Positions 46,862 to 57,019 of a DNA stretch of 64,000 nucleotides are shown piece after piece (the first letter of the stretch is position 1; every line of letters begins with the position of its first letter). The stretch lies in contig JAPKGU010000001.1 in the NCBI GenBank assembly GCA_026647565.1, forward strand, positions 13,458 through 77,457. Direction: 5' to 3'. The position numbers and the translations under genes were made by a program. Origin of the DNA: Phycisphaerales bacterium. Lineage in GTDB: Bacteria; Planctomycetota; Phycisphaerae; Phycisphaerales; UBA1924. Below the pieces are notes generated by a model. That model did no database searches. It had not been told where the DNA came from and saw only the letters and a program-made list of their open reading frames with translations.

Positions 46862-48691
46862 ATGTGCGGCCTCTGCGGCATCCTCCGGCGTGACGGCGCC
46901 ACCGCCGACCCGGCCCTCGCGGGGCGGATGCTCGACCGCATGCCGCACCGCGGCCCCGACGGCCGCGGCGTCCACACCGCCGGGCCGCTCGCCCTCGGCC
47001 ACCTCCGCCTCTCCATCATCGACCTCGCCACCGGCGCCCAGCCGATGTCCACCCCCGACGGACGCTTCACCATCGTCTTCAACGGCGAGATCTACAACCA
47101 CCGCGACCTCCGCCGCGAACTCGAGCCCGAATACCCCTATCGCACGTCGAGCGACACCGAGTCGCTGCTCCACGGGTGGCGGCGGTGGGGGCCCGGGATG
47201 CTGGACAGGCTGGAAGGGATGTTCGCCTTCGCGATCGCGGACCGCGTCGAGGGGACGGTCTTCTGCGCCCGCGACCGGCTCGGGAAGAAACCCTTCTACT
47301 ATGTCGACCGCCCCGATGTTTTCATTTTCGCAAGCGAGATCAAGGCGATCCTGGAGCACCCGGGAATCCCCCGCGAAGTCGACCCCGAGGCGCTGGAGCT
47401 CTTCCTCGCCCTCGGGTACGTCCCGGCGCCGTGGACGATGTTCCGGGGGATCCGGAAACTCCCGGCGGGGCACTGGCTGAGGGCGGGGGCGAAGACGGAG
47501 ATCCGGGAGTACTGGGATGTCCGGCCGGAGACGGTCGTGCCGGGCGAAGAGGCGGTCCGCGAGCGGGTGCGGGCGGCGGTGAAGAAACGGCTGATCTCGG
47601 ACGTGCCGGTCGGGTGCTACCTGTCGGGAGGGATCGACTCCACGATCGTGTCGGGGCTCGCGTCCGCGGAAATCCGGGGGATGCGGACGTTCAGCGCGGG
47701 GTTTTCGGAGGGGCCCTCGGAGAAATTCAACGCCGACCTGGCGCTGGCGCGGGTCGCGGCGAAGCAGTTCGGGACGATCCACGAGGAGGTCCTCGTCGAC
47801 CAGGCGATCGACCTGCCCGCGCTTGTCCGGCAGGTGGCGTGGGCGCTTGACGAACCGCTGGCCAACGCCGCCTCGATCCCGACCTTCCTCGTGGCGCGGC
47901 TGGCGCGGGAGCGCGGCGTCCCGGTCCTGCTCTCCGGGGACGGGGCGGACGAGCTGTTCGCGGGGTACGACCGGTACCTCTCCGACGCGCTCGTCTCGAG
48001 CTACCGCCGCGTCCCGGGGTGGGCGCGCGCGATGGCGTCGCCGCTTCTCCGCCTCAACGCGAACCTCGGGAAGCTCGACCGCAAGGCGCGGCTCGACCCG
48101 GGGCCGGAGCGGTACCTGACCTGGCACGAGGCCTTTCCGCGGGAGATGAGGGCGAGGCTGATCGCGCACGACCTGCCGGGGCCGGATTTTGTCCGGGAGG
48201 TCGTCCGCAGGGTGGTCGACCGCCCCGTCACCGACTGTTTCCAGGAACGCCTCCTCTACGGCGACCTGAAACTCTGGATCGCCGAGGAGTCGAATATGCG
48301 GATGGACAAGATGAGCATGCTCGCCTCGGTCGAGACGCGCGCGCCGTTCCTGGACCATCACCTCGTCGAGTTCGCCGCGGGGATCCCGTTCGCGGAGAAG
48401 GTGCGCGGGCGGCGCTACAAGGCCCTTCTCCGCGACGCCTTCGCGGACCTCCTCCCCGCCGAAATCCGGACCCGGAGCAAGTGGGGGTTCATTCCCCCGG
48501 CGTCGGAATGGCTCCGCGGCCGGCTGAACCCGCTCGCGAAGGAGATGTTCTCTCCGGAGAAACTGCGCTGGTTCCGCCACGGGACCGTCTCGGAGCTCTT
48601 CGACGACCACGTCGCGAAACGCGCCTATCACCTCCCCCGCCTCTGGATTCTCCTCGCCTTCCAGCTCTGGCAGGAGACGTACCTCTCATGA
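46862..48691 (+). CDS. asnB: Asparagine synthase (glutamine-hydrolysing), intact
   Basis: MCGLCGI N-terminal nucleophile, NGEIYNHRDL and PP-loop YLSGGIDST. Confidence 0.85.
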   Translation: MCGLCGILRRDGATADPALAGRMLDRMPHRGPDGRGVHTAGPLALGHLRLSIIDLATGAQPMSTPDGRFTIVFNGEIYNHRDLRRELEPEYPYRTSSDTESLLHGWRRWGPGMLDRLEGMFAFAIADRVEGTVFCARDRLGKKPFYYVDRPDVFIFASEIKAILEHPGIPREVDPEALELFLALGYVPAPWTMFRGIRKLPAGHWLRAGAKTEIREYWDVRPETVVPGEEAVRERVRAAVKKRLISDVPVGCYLSGGIDSTIVSGLASAEIRGMRTFSAGFSEGPSEKFNADLALARVAAKQFGTIHEEVLVDQAIDLPALVRQVAWALDEPLANAASIPTFLVARLARERGVPVLLSGDGADELFAGYDRYLSDALVSSYRRVPGWARAMASPLLRLNANLGKLDRKARLDPGPERYLTWHEAFPREMRARLIAHDLPGPDFVREVVRRVVDRPVTDCFQERLLYGDLKLWIAEESNMRMDKMSMLASVETRAPFLDHHLVEFAAGIPFAEKVRGRRYKALLRDAFADLLPAEIRTRSKWGFIPPASEWLRGRLNPLAKEMFSPEKLRWFRHGTVSELFDDHVAKRAYHLPRLWILLAFQLWQETYLS

Positions 48692-49854
48692 CCCCGCCGC
48701 GCGTCCACTACATCTCGAACGCGCGCCTCCCCTCCGAACGCGCCAACACGCTCCAGACGATGCGGATGTGCGAGGCGTTTTCCCGCGCCGGGACGGAGGT
48801 CACGCTTTTTCATCCGTGGCGGAAGCAGTCCGGCGCGCTGAAGACGGCCGACATCTGGGACCACTACGGCGTGGCGCGCGACGCGTTCGCGATCCGCCGG
48901 CTCCCCGCCCTCGACCTGCTGCCGGCCGCCGAGCGCACGGGGATCGGCGCCGCGGCGAAGGGTGCGTTTCTCCTCCAGACCTGGACGTACACGGCGATCG
49001 CGGTCCCGGTCGTCGCCGCGCTCCCGCACGGCCTCGTCTTCACCCGCGAGATCTTCATCGCGGCGGCCCTCGCCCCGCTCTGCCGCGCCCGCGGCCTCCC
49101 GCTGCTCTACGAGTGCCATACCCTCCCGAACCCCCGGCTCTTCCCCGCCCTCCGCCTCGTCGACGGCGTCCTGTGCGTCTCGGAGACGCTCGCCGCGCAG
49201 GTGCGCGAGGCCGGCGCGCGGCACGTCCTCACCGCCCCGAACGGCGTCGATCTCGCCCGCTACGGGAACCTGCCGACGCGCGCCGAGGCCCGCCGCACCC
49301 TCGGCTGGGATGCGCGCCCCGTCGCGGCCTACACCGGGCAGCTGTTCACCTGGAAAGGGGTCGGGACGCTGATCGAGGCGGCCCGCCGGATTCCCGGTGT
49401 CCGCGTGATGCTGATCGGGGGAAGCGGCCGGGAGCTGGCGGAGGCGCGGGAGCGCGCGCGGGAGATCCCGAACCTCGAGGTCGTCGGGCAGATTCCGCCG
49501 TCCGACGTCCCGCTGCGGACGCGCGCCGCCGACGTCCTGGTCCTCCCCAACACGGCGAAGGACACGCAGTCGCGGGAGCACACGTCGCCCCTGAAGCTGT
49601 TCGAGTACTTCGCGAGCGGCACGCCCGTGGTCGCGAGCGACCTTCCGAGCGTCCGCGACATCGCCCACCCGGGCAACGCCCGGCTGGTCGCCCCCGACGA
49701 CCCCGCCGCGCTCGCCGACGCCATCACCTGGTCGCTCGAACACCCGGGCCCCGCCGCCGCGCTCGCCGAACGCGCCCGCGCCGACGTCGAAAGCCGGACC
49801 TGGCTCCGCCGCGCGCAGGACATCCTCCGCTTCGCAGCCTCCCTCCGCAGCTGA
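48688..49854 (+). CDS. Glycosyltransferase family 4
   Basis: ATGA overlap with asnB. C-terminal TSPLKLFEYFASGTPVVASDLPSV. Confidence 0.75.
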   Translation: MTPPRVHYISNARLPSERANTLQTMRMCEAFSRAGTEVTLFHPWRKQSGALKTADIWDHYGVARDAFAIRRLPALDLLPAAERTGIGAAAKGAFLLQTWTYTAIAVPVVAALPHGLVFTREIFIAAALAPLCRARGLPLLYECHTLPNPRLFPALRLVDGVLCVSETLAAQVREAGARHVLTAPNGVDLARYGNLPTRAEARRTLGWDARPVAAYTGQLFTWKGVGTLIEAARRIPGVRVMLIGGSGRELAEARERAREIPNLEVVGQIPPSDVPLRTRAADVLVLPNTAKDTQSREHTSPLKLFEYFASGTPVVASDLPSVRDIAHPGNARLVAPDDPAALADAITWSLEHPGPAAALAERARADVESRTWLRRAQDILRFAASLRS

Positions 49855-49925
49855 CCCGCCGCGCCGATTTTCCGCGCTCACATTCCTTCCCTCCCCGCCA
49901 CCCCCGTCGGACACTGCCCCGCACC

Positions 49926-50999
49926 GTGAAACTCTTCCACCTCATCACGACGCTCGACATCGGAGGAGCCGAAAATCACCTCCTCGCGCTGCTCTCGGGG
50001 CTGCCGCGCCCCGAGTTCGAGATCCGGGTCGGGTATCTCAAGGGGGCGGGCGGGCTGCGGGGGCGGTTCGAGGAACAGGGGGTGGCGGTCACGGACTTCG
50101 CCCTGCGGCACGCGGCGGACGCCACGGTTCTCCGTCGGCTGGCCGCGGCGTTCGCCGGGTCCGATGTCGTCCACACGCACCTCTTCAAGGCCGATGTCTT
50201 CGGCGCAGCCGCCGCGAAGATCGCCGGCGTGCCGCGGCTCGTGTCCTCGAAGCACAACGAGGACCAGTACCTGAAGGATTTCGGCGCGGGGCTGATCGGG
50301 CGGATGGCGGCGCGCGCCGCGGACCGGGTGATCTGCATCAGCCGGGCGGTCCACGGATTCATGGCGGCGCGGAAGCTCCCGCAGGACCGGCTCGTCGTGA
50401 TCCCCTACGGGATGGACGCCCCGCCGGCGGACCCCTCGCGGCGCGACGCGATCCGCCGCGAGTTCGGCGCCGGGCCGGACGACCTCGTGATCGGCACGAT
50501 GGGACGCCTCGAGGAGCAGAAAGGCCAGTCCGACCTGATCGACGCGATGGCGCACCTCCCCTCCGCCCGCCTCGTCCTCGTCGGCCGCGGCTCGCTCGAC
50601 GCCCCCCTCCGCGCCCGCGCCGCCCCGCTCGGCCCCCGCGTCCATTTCGCCGGCTTCCGCACCGACGTCGCCGCCGTCATGGCCGCCTTCGACATCTTCG
50701 CCCTCCCGTCGCGCTGGGAGGGATTCGGGCTGGTGCTCCTGGAAGCGATGGCGCAGGGGCTGCCGATCGTCGGCTCCGCGGCGGGGTCGATCCCGGAGAT
50801 CGTGGTCGAGGGAGAAACCGGGCTTCTCGTCCCCCCGGGAGACGCCGCCGCGCTCGGACGCGCGCTCGCCTCCCTCGCAGCCGACCCCGCCCGCGCCCGA
50901 TCCCTCGGCGCCGCCGGCCGCCGCCGCCTCGACACGGTCTACGGCCTCCGCCGGATGATCGACGCCTACACCCGCCTCTACCGCGAGCTCGCTCCCTGA
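49926..50999 (+). CDS. Glycosyltransferase family 4
   Basis: HLITTLDIGGAENHLL and PSRWEGFGLVLLEAMAQGLPIVGSAAGSIPEIV. GTG start. Confidence 0.8.
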   Translation: MKLFHLITTLDIGGAENHLLALLSGLPRPEFEIRVGYLKGAGGLRGRFEEQGVAVTDFALRHAADATVLRRLAAAFAGSDVVHTHLFKADVFGAAAAKIAGVPRLVSSKHNEDQYLKDFGAGLIGRMAARAADRVICISRAVHGFMAARKLPQDRLVVIPYGMDAPPADPSRRDAIRREFGAGPDDLVIGTMGRLEEQKGQSDLIDAMAHLPSARLVLVGRGSLDAPLRARAAPLGPRVHFAGFRTDVAAVMAAFDIFALPSRWEGFGLVLLEAMAQGLPIVGSAAGSIPEIVVEGETGLLVPPGDAAALGRALASLAADPARARSLGAAGRRRLDTVYGLRRMIDAYTRLYRELAP

Positions 51000-51003
51000 C
51001 CCC

Positions 51004-52131
51004 ATGAGCGCGATCCCGATCCTCCTCGTCACCCGCCCCGGCATCGGCGGCGCCGCAAAACACGTCCGCATGATCTGCGAACTGATCGACAAGTCCGCCT
51101 TCTCCGTCAGCGTCGCCGCCTCCCCCCTCGAAGACCCCGCGTTCCTCGACGACCTCGCCCGCACCGGCGTCCGCGTCACACCCTTCCCCATCCGCCGCGA
51201 ACCCCACCCGCACGACGCCGTCGTCCTCTACCGCCTCGTCCGCCTCCTCCGCCGCCGCCGCCCCGCCCTCATCCACGCCCACACCTCCAAGCCCGGCCTG
51301 CTGGCGCGGCTGGCGGGAAGCGCCAGCGGTCTCCCGACGCTGTACACGCCCCACGGTTTTTATTTTCACTACGACCTCCCGGCCTGGAAACGGACCGCGT
51401 ACCGCGCCCTCGAACGCGTCGCCGGCCTCTGGACGACGCGCCTCGTCTGCGTGACGGAGGAGGAGAAGCGCCAGGCGCTGGAAGCCGGGCTCGCCCCGGA
51501 GGAGCGGCTGGTCGTCCTCCCGAACGCGCTCAAGATCGAGGAGTGCGAACCGTCAAAACCGCGCGCCGAGGTCCGCGCCGCCCTCAACATCCCCCAGCAC
51601 GCACCCCTTCTCGCCATGATCGGCCGCCTCGACGCGCCGAAGGATCCGTTCACGCTCGTCCGCGCCGCGCACCGGCTCGCGCCGGACGTCCATGTCCTGT
51701 TCGCGGGGGAGGGCCGGCAGAAGGAGGAGGTCCGGGCGCTCGCCCGCGAGCTCCGGATGGAAAACCGCGTCCTCCTCCCGGGCCACCGGACCGACCCGAT
51801 CGACCTGGCCGCCGCCGCGGACATCGCCGTCCTCAGCTCACGCTGGGAGGGACTCCCGTTCGCCCTCCTGGAGGCGATGGCGGTCTCCCGCCCGGTCGTC
51901 GCCAGCGACGTCAGCGGGTGCCGCGACGCGCTGGGGGAATCCGGCGCGGGGATCCTCGTCACGCCGGGGGACCCGGACACGATGGCCCGCGCGCTGGGAA
52001 AACTGATCGCCGATCCCCGCGCGCGCGCCACCATGGGCGCCGCCGGCCGCCTCCTCGTCGAGACGAAGTACACCGCCGGCCGCTGGATCCGCCGCCTCGA
52101 GGATCTCTACCGCTCCGTCCTCCACCTCTGA
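51004..52131 (+). CDS. Glycosyltransferase family 4
   Basis: SSRWEGLPFALLEAMAVSRPVVASDVSGCRDAL. Confidence 0.8.
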   Translation: MSAIPILLVTRPGIGGAAKHVRMICELIDKSAFSVSVAASPLEDPAFLDDLARTGVRVTPFPIRREPHPHDAVVLYRLVRLLRRRRPALIHAHTSKPGLLARLAGSASGLPTLYTPHGFYFHYDLPAWKRTAYRALERVAGLWTTRLVCVTEEEKRQALEAGLAPEERLVVLPNALKIEECEPSKPRAEVRAALNIPQHAPLLAMIGRLDAPKDPFTLVRAAHRLAPDVHVLFAGEGRQKEEVRALARELRMENRVLLPGHRTDPIDLAAAADIAVLSSRWEGLPFALLEAMAVSRPVVASDVSGCRDALGESGAGILVTPGDPDTMARALGKLIADPRARATMGAAGRLLVETKYTAGRWIRRLEDLYRSVLHL

Positions 52132-52141
52132 CCCGCCCCGC

Positions 52142-52696
52142 CTACCGCGCCCCGACCTTCACTTTCTTCGCCCCCTCGGGCTTCCGCCGGATCGTCGTCT
52201 TCGGGTCCACCATCCCCCAGAGGTCGACCGGAATCCCGTTCGGCGTCCGGAACGTCGCGCTGTAGATCGGCGACCCCTCGTGCGACGTCGGCGCCTGCTC
52301 AAACACCACCCCGCGCGCCTCGAACTCCTTCGCCAGCCCGAACAGGTCCTCCACCATGAACTGCAGGTGGACCGCGTCCGCCGGCGTCGGCTTCTCCCCC
52401 GCCTTCGCCTTCACCACGCTGAAATAGAAGTCCTTCTCCGGGGACGTGAACATCGCGTAGTCCGGCCCGAACGCGTTCGTCGGGAACCCCAGCACGTCCA
52501 CGAACATCCCGACCTCCGCCGCGAAGTCCGTCACCCGGTACTCAAAACACGCCTTCCAGCAGGTCCCCCACCGGATCGCCCACTCGTGCGCAGGCTTCTT
52601 CCACAGACGCTTCCAGTCCATCGGCGTCTTCGCCACACGCGCCACCTCGATCCGCGCTTCCCCCATCGCCCGGCAGTCCTGCGCCTTTGAGGCCAT
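52142..52696 (-). CDS. VOC-like protein
   Basis: VTDFAAEVGMFVDVLGF and ATFRTPNGIPVDLW resemble the VOC fold. Start uncertain. Confidence 0.55.
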   Translation of the reverse strand: MASKAQDCRAMGEARIEVARVAKTPMDWKRLWKKPAHEWAIRWGTCWKACFEYRVTDFAAEVGMFVDVLGFPTNAFGPDYAMFTSPEKDFYFSVVKAKAGEKPTPADAVHLQFMVEDLFGLAKEFEARGVVFEQAPTSHEGSPIYSATFRTPNGIPVDLWGMVDPKTTIRRKPEGAKKVKVGAR

Positions 52697-52782
52697 CGGT
52701 CTCTCCTGTTTGCGGGAACCCGCCCATCATGACGCGAACGCTTGCGGGGACGCAAGCGCTCCCGGAGGTATGATACCGGGGC

Positions 52783-53796
52783 ATGTACATCACCCAGGGT
52801 GAGATTGCGCGCGCGGTCCGGATCCTCGAGAGCGGGGGGCTGGTGGCGTTTCCGACCGAGACGGTCTACGGGCTCGGTGCGGACGCGCTGAACGAGAAGG
52901 CGGTGAAGCGCGTGTACAAGCTGAAGGGGAGGCCGGAGGGGCATCCGCTGATCGTGCACGTGGGGGATGCGAACGCGGTGCAGGAGTATGCGGCGGAGTT
53001 CCCCGAGGCGGCGCACCGGCTGGCGGCGCGGTTCTGGCCGGGGCCGCTGACGCTGATCCTGAAGAAATCCGACCGGATCCCGACGACGGTGACCGGGGGT
53101 CAGGACACGGTCGGCCTGCGCGTCCCGGGGCACCCGGTCGCGCTGGCGCTGCTCAAGGCGTTCGACGGGGCGATTGCGGCGCCGAGCGCGAACCGGTACG
53201 GGAAGGTGAGCCCGACGACGGCGCAGCACGTCTACGACGACATCGGGGGGAAGGTCGACCTGATCCTGGACGGCGGGCCGTGCGCGGTGGGGATCGAGAG
53301 CACGATCGTGGACGTCTCCACGGGCGAGCCGACGATCCTGCGCCCGGGCGGGGTGACGCGCGAGGAGATCGAGAAACTGCTCGGGAGGTCGGTCCCGGTG
53401 GTGCGCGAGGAGACCTCGGTCCGCACCTCGGGCCAGGTGACGCAGCACTACTCCCCGAAGGCGGGGGTCGTGCTGGCGAAGCCCGAGGAGCTGGTCCGGA
53501 AGGCGAACCGGCTGCGCGCCTCGGGGCGCAAGGTCGCGATCCTGACCAACACCCTCCCCGCGAAGCCGCCGATCGGGATCGAGACCATCATGCTCCCGGT
53601 GGGGATGGCCGACATGGCGCGCGGGCTCTACGAGGCGCTCCGCGAGGTCGACCGCCGCGGGTTCGACGCGGTCGTGGTCTCCGTCCCCCAGGCGGTCGGG
53701 CTCGGGCTCGCGGTCGCGGACCGGCTCGAGCGCGCGGCGGGAAAGAAAAAGGACCCCGGGGACGCGAAGGCCGAGAAGGCGCGCGAACCGCGCTGA
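52783..53796 (+). CDS. tsaC: L-threonylcarbamoyladenylate synthase (Sua5/YwlC long form of TsaC)
   Basis: VAFPTETVYGLGADA, KGRPEGHPLIVHV and SANRYG, plus a Sua5 C-terminal domain. Confidence 0.85.
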   Translation: MYITQGEIARAVRILESGGLVAFPTETVYGLGADALNEKAVKRVYKLKGRPEGHPLIVHVGDANAVQEYAAEFPEAAHRLAARFWPGPLTLILKKSDRIPTTVTGGQDTVGLRVPGHPVALALLKAFDGAIAAPSANRYGKVSPTTAQHVYDDIGGKVDLILDGGPCAVGIESTIVDVSTGEPTILRPGGVTREEIEKLLGRSVPVVREETSVRTSGQVTQHYSPKAGVVLAKPEELVRKANRLRASGRKVAILTNTLPAKPPIGIETIMLPVGMADMARGLYEALREVDRRGFDAVVVSVPQAVGLGLAVADRLERAAGKKKDPGDAKAEKAREPR

Positions 53797-53800
53797 GCGG

Positions 53801-54793
53801 TCAGGTGCGGTGCCCGAGGAGGGGCCCGCCGGCGCGCGCGAGGCATTCCTCGAAGACGCGCAGCAGCCCGTCCGCGACGCGTCCCCACTCGAAGGCGCCG
53901 ATCCGCCGCAGGCCCGCCCCGGCGCGCGCCCGGGCCTCCTCCGGATTCGCGCGGACGTCCCGCAGGGCCAGCACCAGCGCGTCCACGTCGTCGTCGGGAA
54001 CGACCCGCGCCGTCGAGGCGTCCGCGAAATCCCCCGTCCCGTGGCGCGTGCAGATCACCGGAATCCCGCACGCCATCGCTTCGCACGCCGGATTCGACCA
54101 CCCCGCCGTCCGTTCCATCGTCACGAACACGTCCGAGTCGCGGTAGAACCCGACCAGCGCCGCCTGGTCCTGTCCGTCCACGAGCTCGACCCGGCTCCGC
54201 GTCCGGAATCGCCACCACGGAAGCCGCCCGGTCTCCCCGCCGACGATCCGCAGCCGCGCATCCTTCCACCCGAGCCGCCGGAACGCCTCCAGCACCACCG
54301 GCACCGCCTCGCGCTTCTTTCCCACCGTCCCGACCACCGTCACCGTGTACGGCCCGGGCCGCCGTTCCCCCGGGCAGAACTGCTCCAGGTTGATGCCGCC
54401 GGGAACGGCGAGCCCCGTGACGCCGGGGAGGTACTCCGTCCACGCGGAGGAGTTTCCGATCACGAGCGTGTCCGGGTGTTCCTGAAGATAGGCGCGGTAC
54501 TTCTCCGCGTACCGGTCCCCCAGCGCGACCAGGACGCGCAGTTTCGTCGGCGCCCGCCCCAGCAGGTGGAGAAGGCCGGTGTCGCCGCACATCGTGACGT
54601 CGTACGGGTGGGCGAGGACGGTGTCGAGGGGGCGGAACCAGAAGCGCGTAGGGAACCAGGGCGGGGGGGCGACGTCGGGCTTGAAGACGGCGAACTGGTG
54701 GCCGCGGTCGGCGAAGCGGTTGCCGAGTTCGAGGAAGCGGCGGACGCCGCCGGCGATGCGGGTATGAGGGAGGAGGGCGCGGAGGGTCAGCAC
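53801..54793 (-). CDS. Glycosyltransferase (GT1/GT4-like)
   Basis: C-terminal AGWSNPACEAMACGIPVICTRHGTGDF. The N-terminal half is divergent. Confidence 0.6.
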   Translation of the reverse strand: MLTLRALLPHTRIAGGVRRFLELGNRFADRGHQFAVFKPDVAPPPWFPTRFWFRPLDTVLAHPYDVTMCGDTGLLHLLGRAPTKLRVLVALGDRYAEKYRAYLQEHPDTLVIGNSSAWTEYLPGVTGLAVPGGINLEQFCPGERRPGPYTVTVVGTVGKKREAVPVVLEAFRRLGWKDARLRIVGGETGRLPWWRFRTRSRVELVDGQDQAALVGFYRDSDVFVTMERTAGWSNPACEAMACGIPVICTRHGTGDFADASTARVVPDDDVDALVLALRDVRANPEEARARAGAGLRRIGAFEWGRVADGLLRVFEECLARAGGPLLGHRT

Positions 54794-54922
54794 GGGGACA
54801 TTCTGGGGCGGGCGGGCGGCCGCGCCAACTGCTTCATCGGGATTTCATGCCGGATTCACCGGGCTTGCGCGGGGGCGGGCGCGGGCTTAGCGTGCGGGGC
54901 TGACCCGAGGGGAGGCCCGGCG

Positions 54923-57016
54923 ATGGCGCGACGTCCGATGACGGTGGAGGACCTGTGGTCGATCCCGCGGGTGGGGGCGCCGGTGCCCTCCCCGGACGGG
55001 ACGCGGTGCGTGGTTCCGGTGACGGAATGGTCGATGGAGTCGAACGAGGCGACCACGCGGCTCTGGCTGGTCGACGTGCAGGGGGCCGCGGCGCCGCGGG
55101 CGCTGACGCACGCGGAGGCGTCGAGCGGGTCGCCGGCGTGGAGCCCGGACGGGACGCGCCTGCTGTTCGTGCGGAAACCCGGCGGGAAGAAGGACGAAAA
55201 GAAAACTTCGGGGCCGAAGCACCCCGACCGGCCGCAGGTCTACCTGCTGCCGATGGGCGGCGGGGAGCCCGAACGCCTGACCGACCTCCCGCTCGGCGCC
55301 GCCGACCCGCGCTGGTTCCCCGACGGCCGCCGGATCGCGTTCGTCGCCGCGGTCTACGCCGACGCCCGCACCCCGGAGGCCGCCGCCCGGCGCGCGAAGG
55401 AACGCGAGGAAGACCCCTGCCGCGTCCATGTCACCGAGGACCGCTGGTACCGCCACTGGGACCAGTGGATGACCGACGGAAAGGTCCAGCACCTCTTCGC
55501 GATGGACCTCGCCACCCGCGCCGTCCTCGACCTGATCCCCGACTCCGTACTCCGCTGGTCCCCGGAAGACCCCTCCGGCCAGTACGAAATCTCCCCCGAC
55601 GGCGCCGCGATCGCATTCTCGGCCTGCCGCTCCCTCCCGCCGTACGACCCGGTCCTCTGGGGCGTCCACACGGTCGGCGTCCCCGCGACGATCCGGCCCG
55701 GGTCGAAACCCGGCAAAGTCCGCCTCGTCTCGTCGGAAGAGTTCCCCGACAGCACCGGCGCCCGCTGGTCGCCGGACGGCCGCCGGCTCGCCTACGGCAT
55801 GCAGCGCGAACACGACTTCTACGCCGACCGCGTCCGCCTGGTCGCCCTCGATCTCCGAAGCGGCCGCCACACCGTCCTCACGGAGGGGTGGGATCGAAGC
55901 GCCAGCGGGTGGGAATGGTCGGCGGACTCGCGGACCCTGTACATCCGCGCCGAGGACCGCGCCCGCACCGGCCTGTTCGCCCTCGACGTCGCCGCCGCCC
56001 TCCGCACCCCGCGCACCGCCGCCCCGAAACTCCTCGTCCGGCGGATGACCTTCAGCGCCCCTGAAATCGCGGGCGGACTCGCCTTCGTGAGCGTGACCGG
56101 CGTCCGGCAGCCGCCGGAAGCCGGCGTCATCGACCTCCGCACCCGCAAGCTTCGCCTCCTCACATCGTTCACAAAGCCCGCGATGAAAAACATCCTCCTC
56201 TGCGAGGTCGAGGAGATGCACGTCACCGGCGCGGACGGCGATCCCGTCCATATGTGGGTCTACCACCCCCCCGGCGAGAAAATCCCGCGCACACCCCTTC
56301 CCGCCTCGAAGCGCCGCCCGCTCGTCCACATCATCCACGGCGGCCCGCACGGCGCCTTCGGCGACGACTGGCACTGGCGGTGGAACCCGCACGCCTTCGC
56401 GGCGCCGGGGTACGTCGTCGCGCTCGTCAATTTCCACGGCTCGACCGGGTGGGGCCAGAAGTTCGCCGCCTCCATCCTCGGCCGCTGGGGAGACCAGCCG
56501 TACTACGACATCACCGTCGCCACCGACGCCCTCATCGCCCGCGGCCTCGTCGATCCGCGCCGCATGGCCGCAACCGGCGGCTCCTACGGCGGGTACATGG
56601 CCGCCTGGATCGCCTCCCAGACCGACCGTTTCGCGTGCATCGTCAACCACGCCGGCGTTTCGGACCTCCAGACGCAGTACGCCAGCGATCACACCCAGGG
56701 CCGCGCCCGGTCGATGGGCGGCGAACCGTGGGACCGGATGGAAGGCATGGACCGCTGGAACCCGATGCGCCACGCGCGCGGCTTCCGCTCCCCGATGCTG
56801 ATCCTCCACGGCGAGAAGGACTACCGGGTTCCCTCGGTGCAGGGGCTGGAGATCTACAACGTCTACAAGGCGATGAAGCTCCCGGCGCGCCTGGCCGTCT
56901 ACCCCGAGGAGAACCACTGGATCCTCAAGCCGCGCACCAGCCGGCACTGGTACGGGGAAATGCTCGGATGGCTGAACCGGTGGCTGAAGAGAGGGCGCCG
57001 CGGGGAGGCGCGCTAG
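54923..57016 (+). CDS. S9 family serine peptidase (acylaminoacyl-peptidase / prolyl oligopeptidase-like)
   Basis: N-terminal beta-propeller repeats (SPDGTR, FPDGRR, SPDGRR) and catalytic GGSYGGYMAAW. GAGGGGAGG lies upstream of the ATG at 54923. The longer ORF start is antisense to the neighbouring gene. Confidence 0.85.
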   Translation: MARRPMTVEDLWSIPRVGAPVPSPDGTRCVVPVTEWSMESNEATTRLWLVDVQGAAAPRALTHAEASSGSPAWSPDGTRLLFVRKPGGKKDEKKTSGPKHPDRPQVYLLPMGGGEPERLTDLPLGAADPRWFPDGRRIAFVAAVYADARTPEAAARRAKEREEDPCRVHVTEDRWYRHWDQWMTDGKVQHLFAMDLATRAVLDLIPDSVLRWSPEDPSGQYEISPDGAAIAFSACRSLPPYDPVLWGVHTVGVPATIRPGSKPGKVRLVSSEEFPDSTGARWSPDGRRLAYGMQREHDFYADRVRLVALDLRSGRHTVLTEGWDRSASGWEWSADSRTLYIRAEDRARTGLFALDVAAALRTPRTAAPKLLVRRMTFSAPEIAGGLAFVSVTGVRQPPEAGVIDLRTRKLRLLTSFTKPAMKNILLCEVEEMHVTGADGDPVHMWVYHPPGEKIPRTPLPASKRRPLVHIIHGGPHGAFGDDWHWRWNPHAFAAPGYVVALVNFHGSTGWGQKFAASILGRWGDQPYYDITVATDALIARGLVDPRRMAATGGSYGGYMAAWIASQTDRFACIVNHAGVSDLQTQYASDHTQGRARSMGGEPWDRMEGMDRWNPMRHARGFRSPMLILHGEKDYRVPSVQGLEIYNVYKAMKLPARLAVYPEENHWILKPRTSRHWYGEMLGWLNRWLKRGRRGEAR

Positions 57017-57019
57017 ACG

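Noticed and set aside
46526-48631. 701-aa minus-strand ORF. The same applies to other long antisense or out-of-frame ORFs such as 23708-25423(-), 30736-32628(-), 54887-57532(-), 16107-18188(+), 9535-11058(+), 10958-12523(+), 6154-7611(+) and 514-2043(-).
   Set aside because: All are Arg/Pro/Gly-rich with no motifs. They lie opposite or out of frame to genes with strong signatures (asnB, recombinase, S9 peptidase, recA, astA and others).
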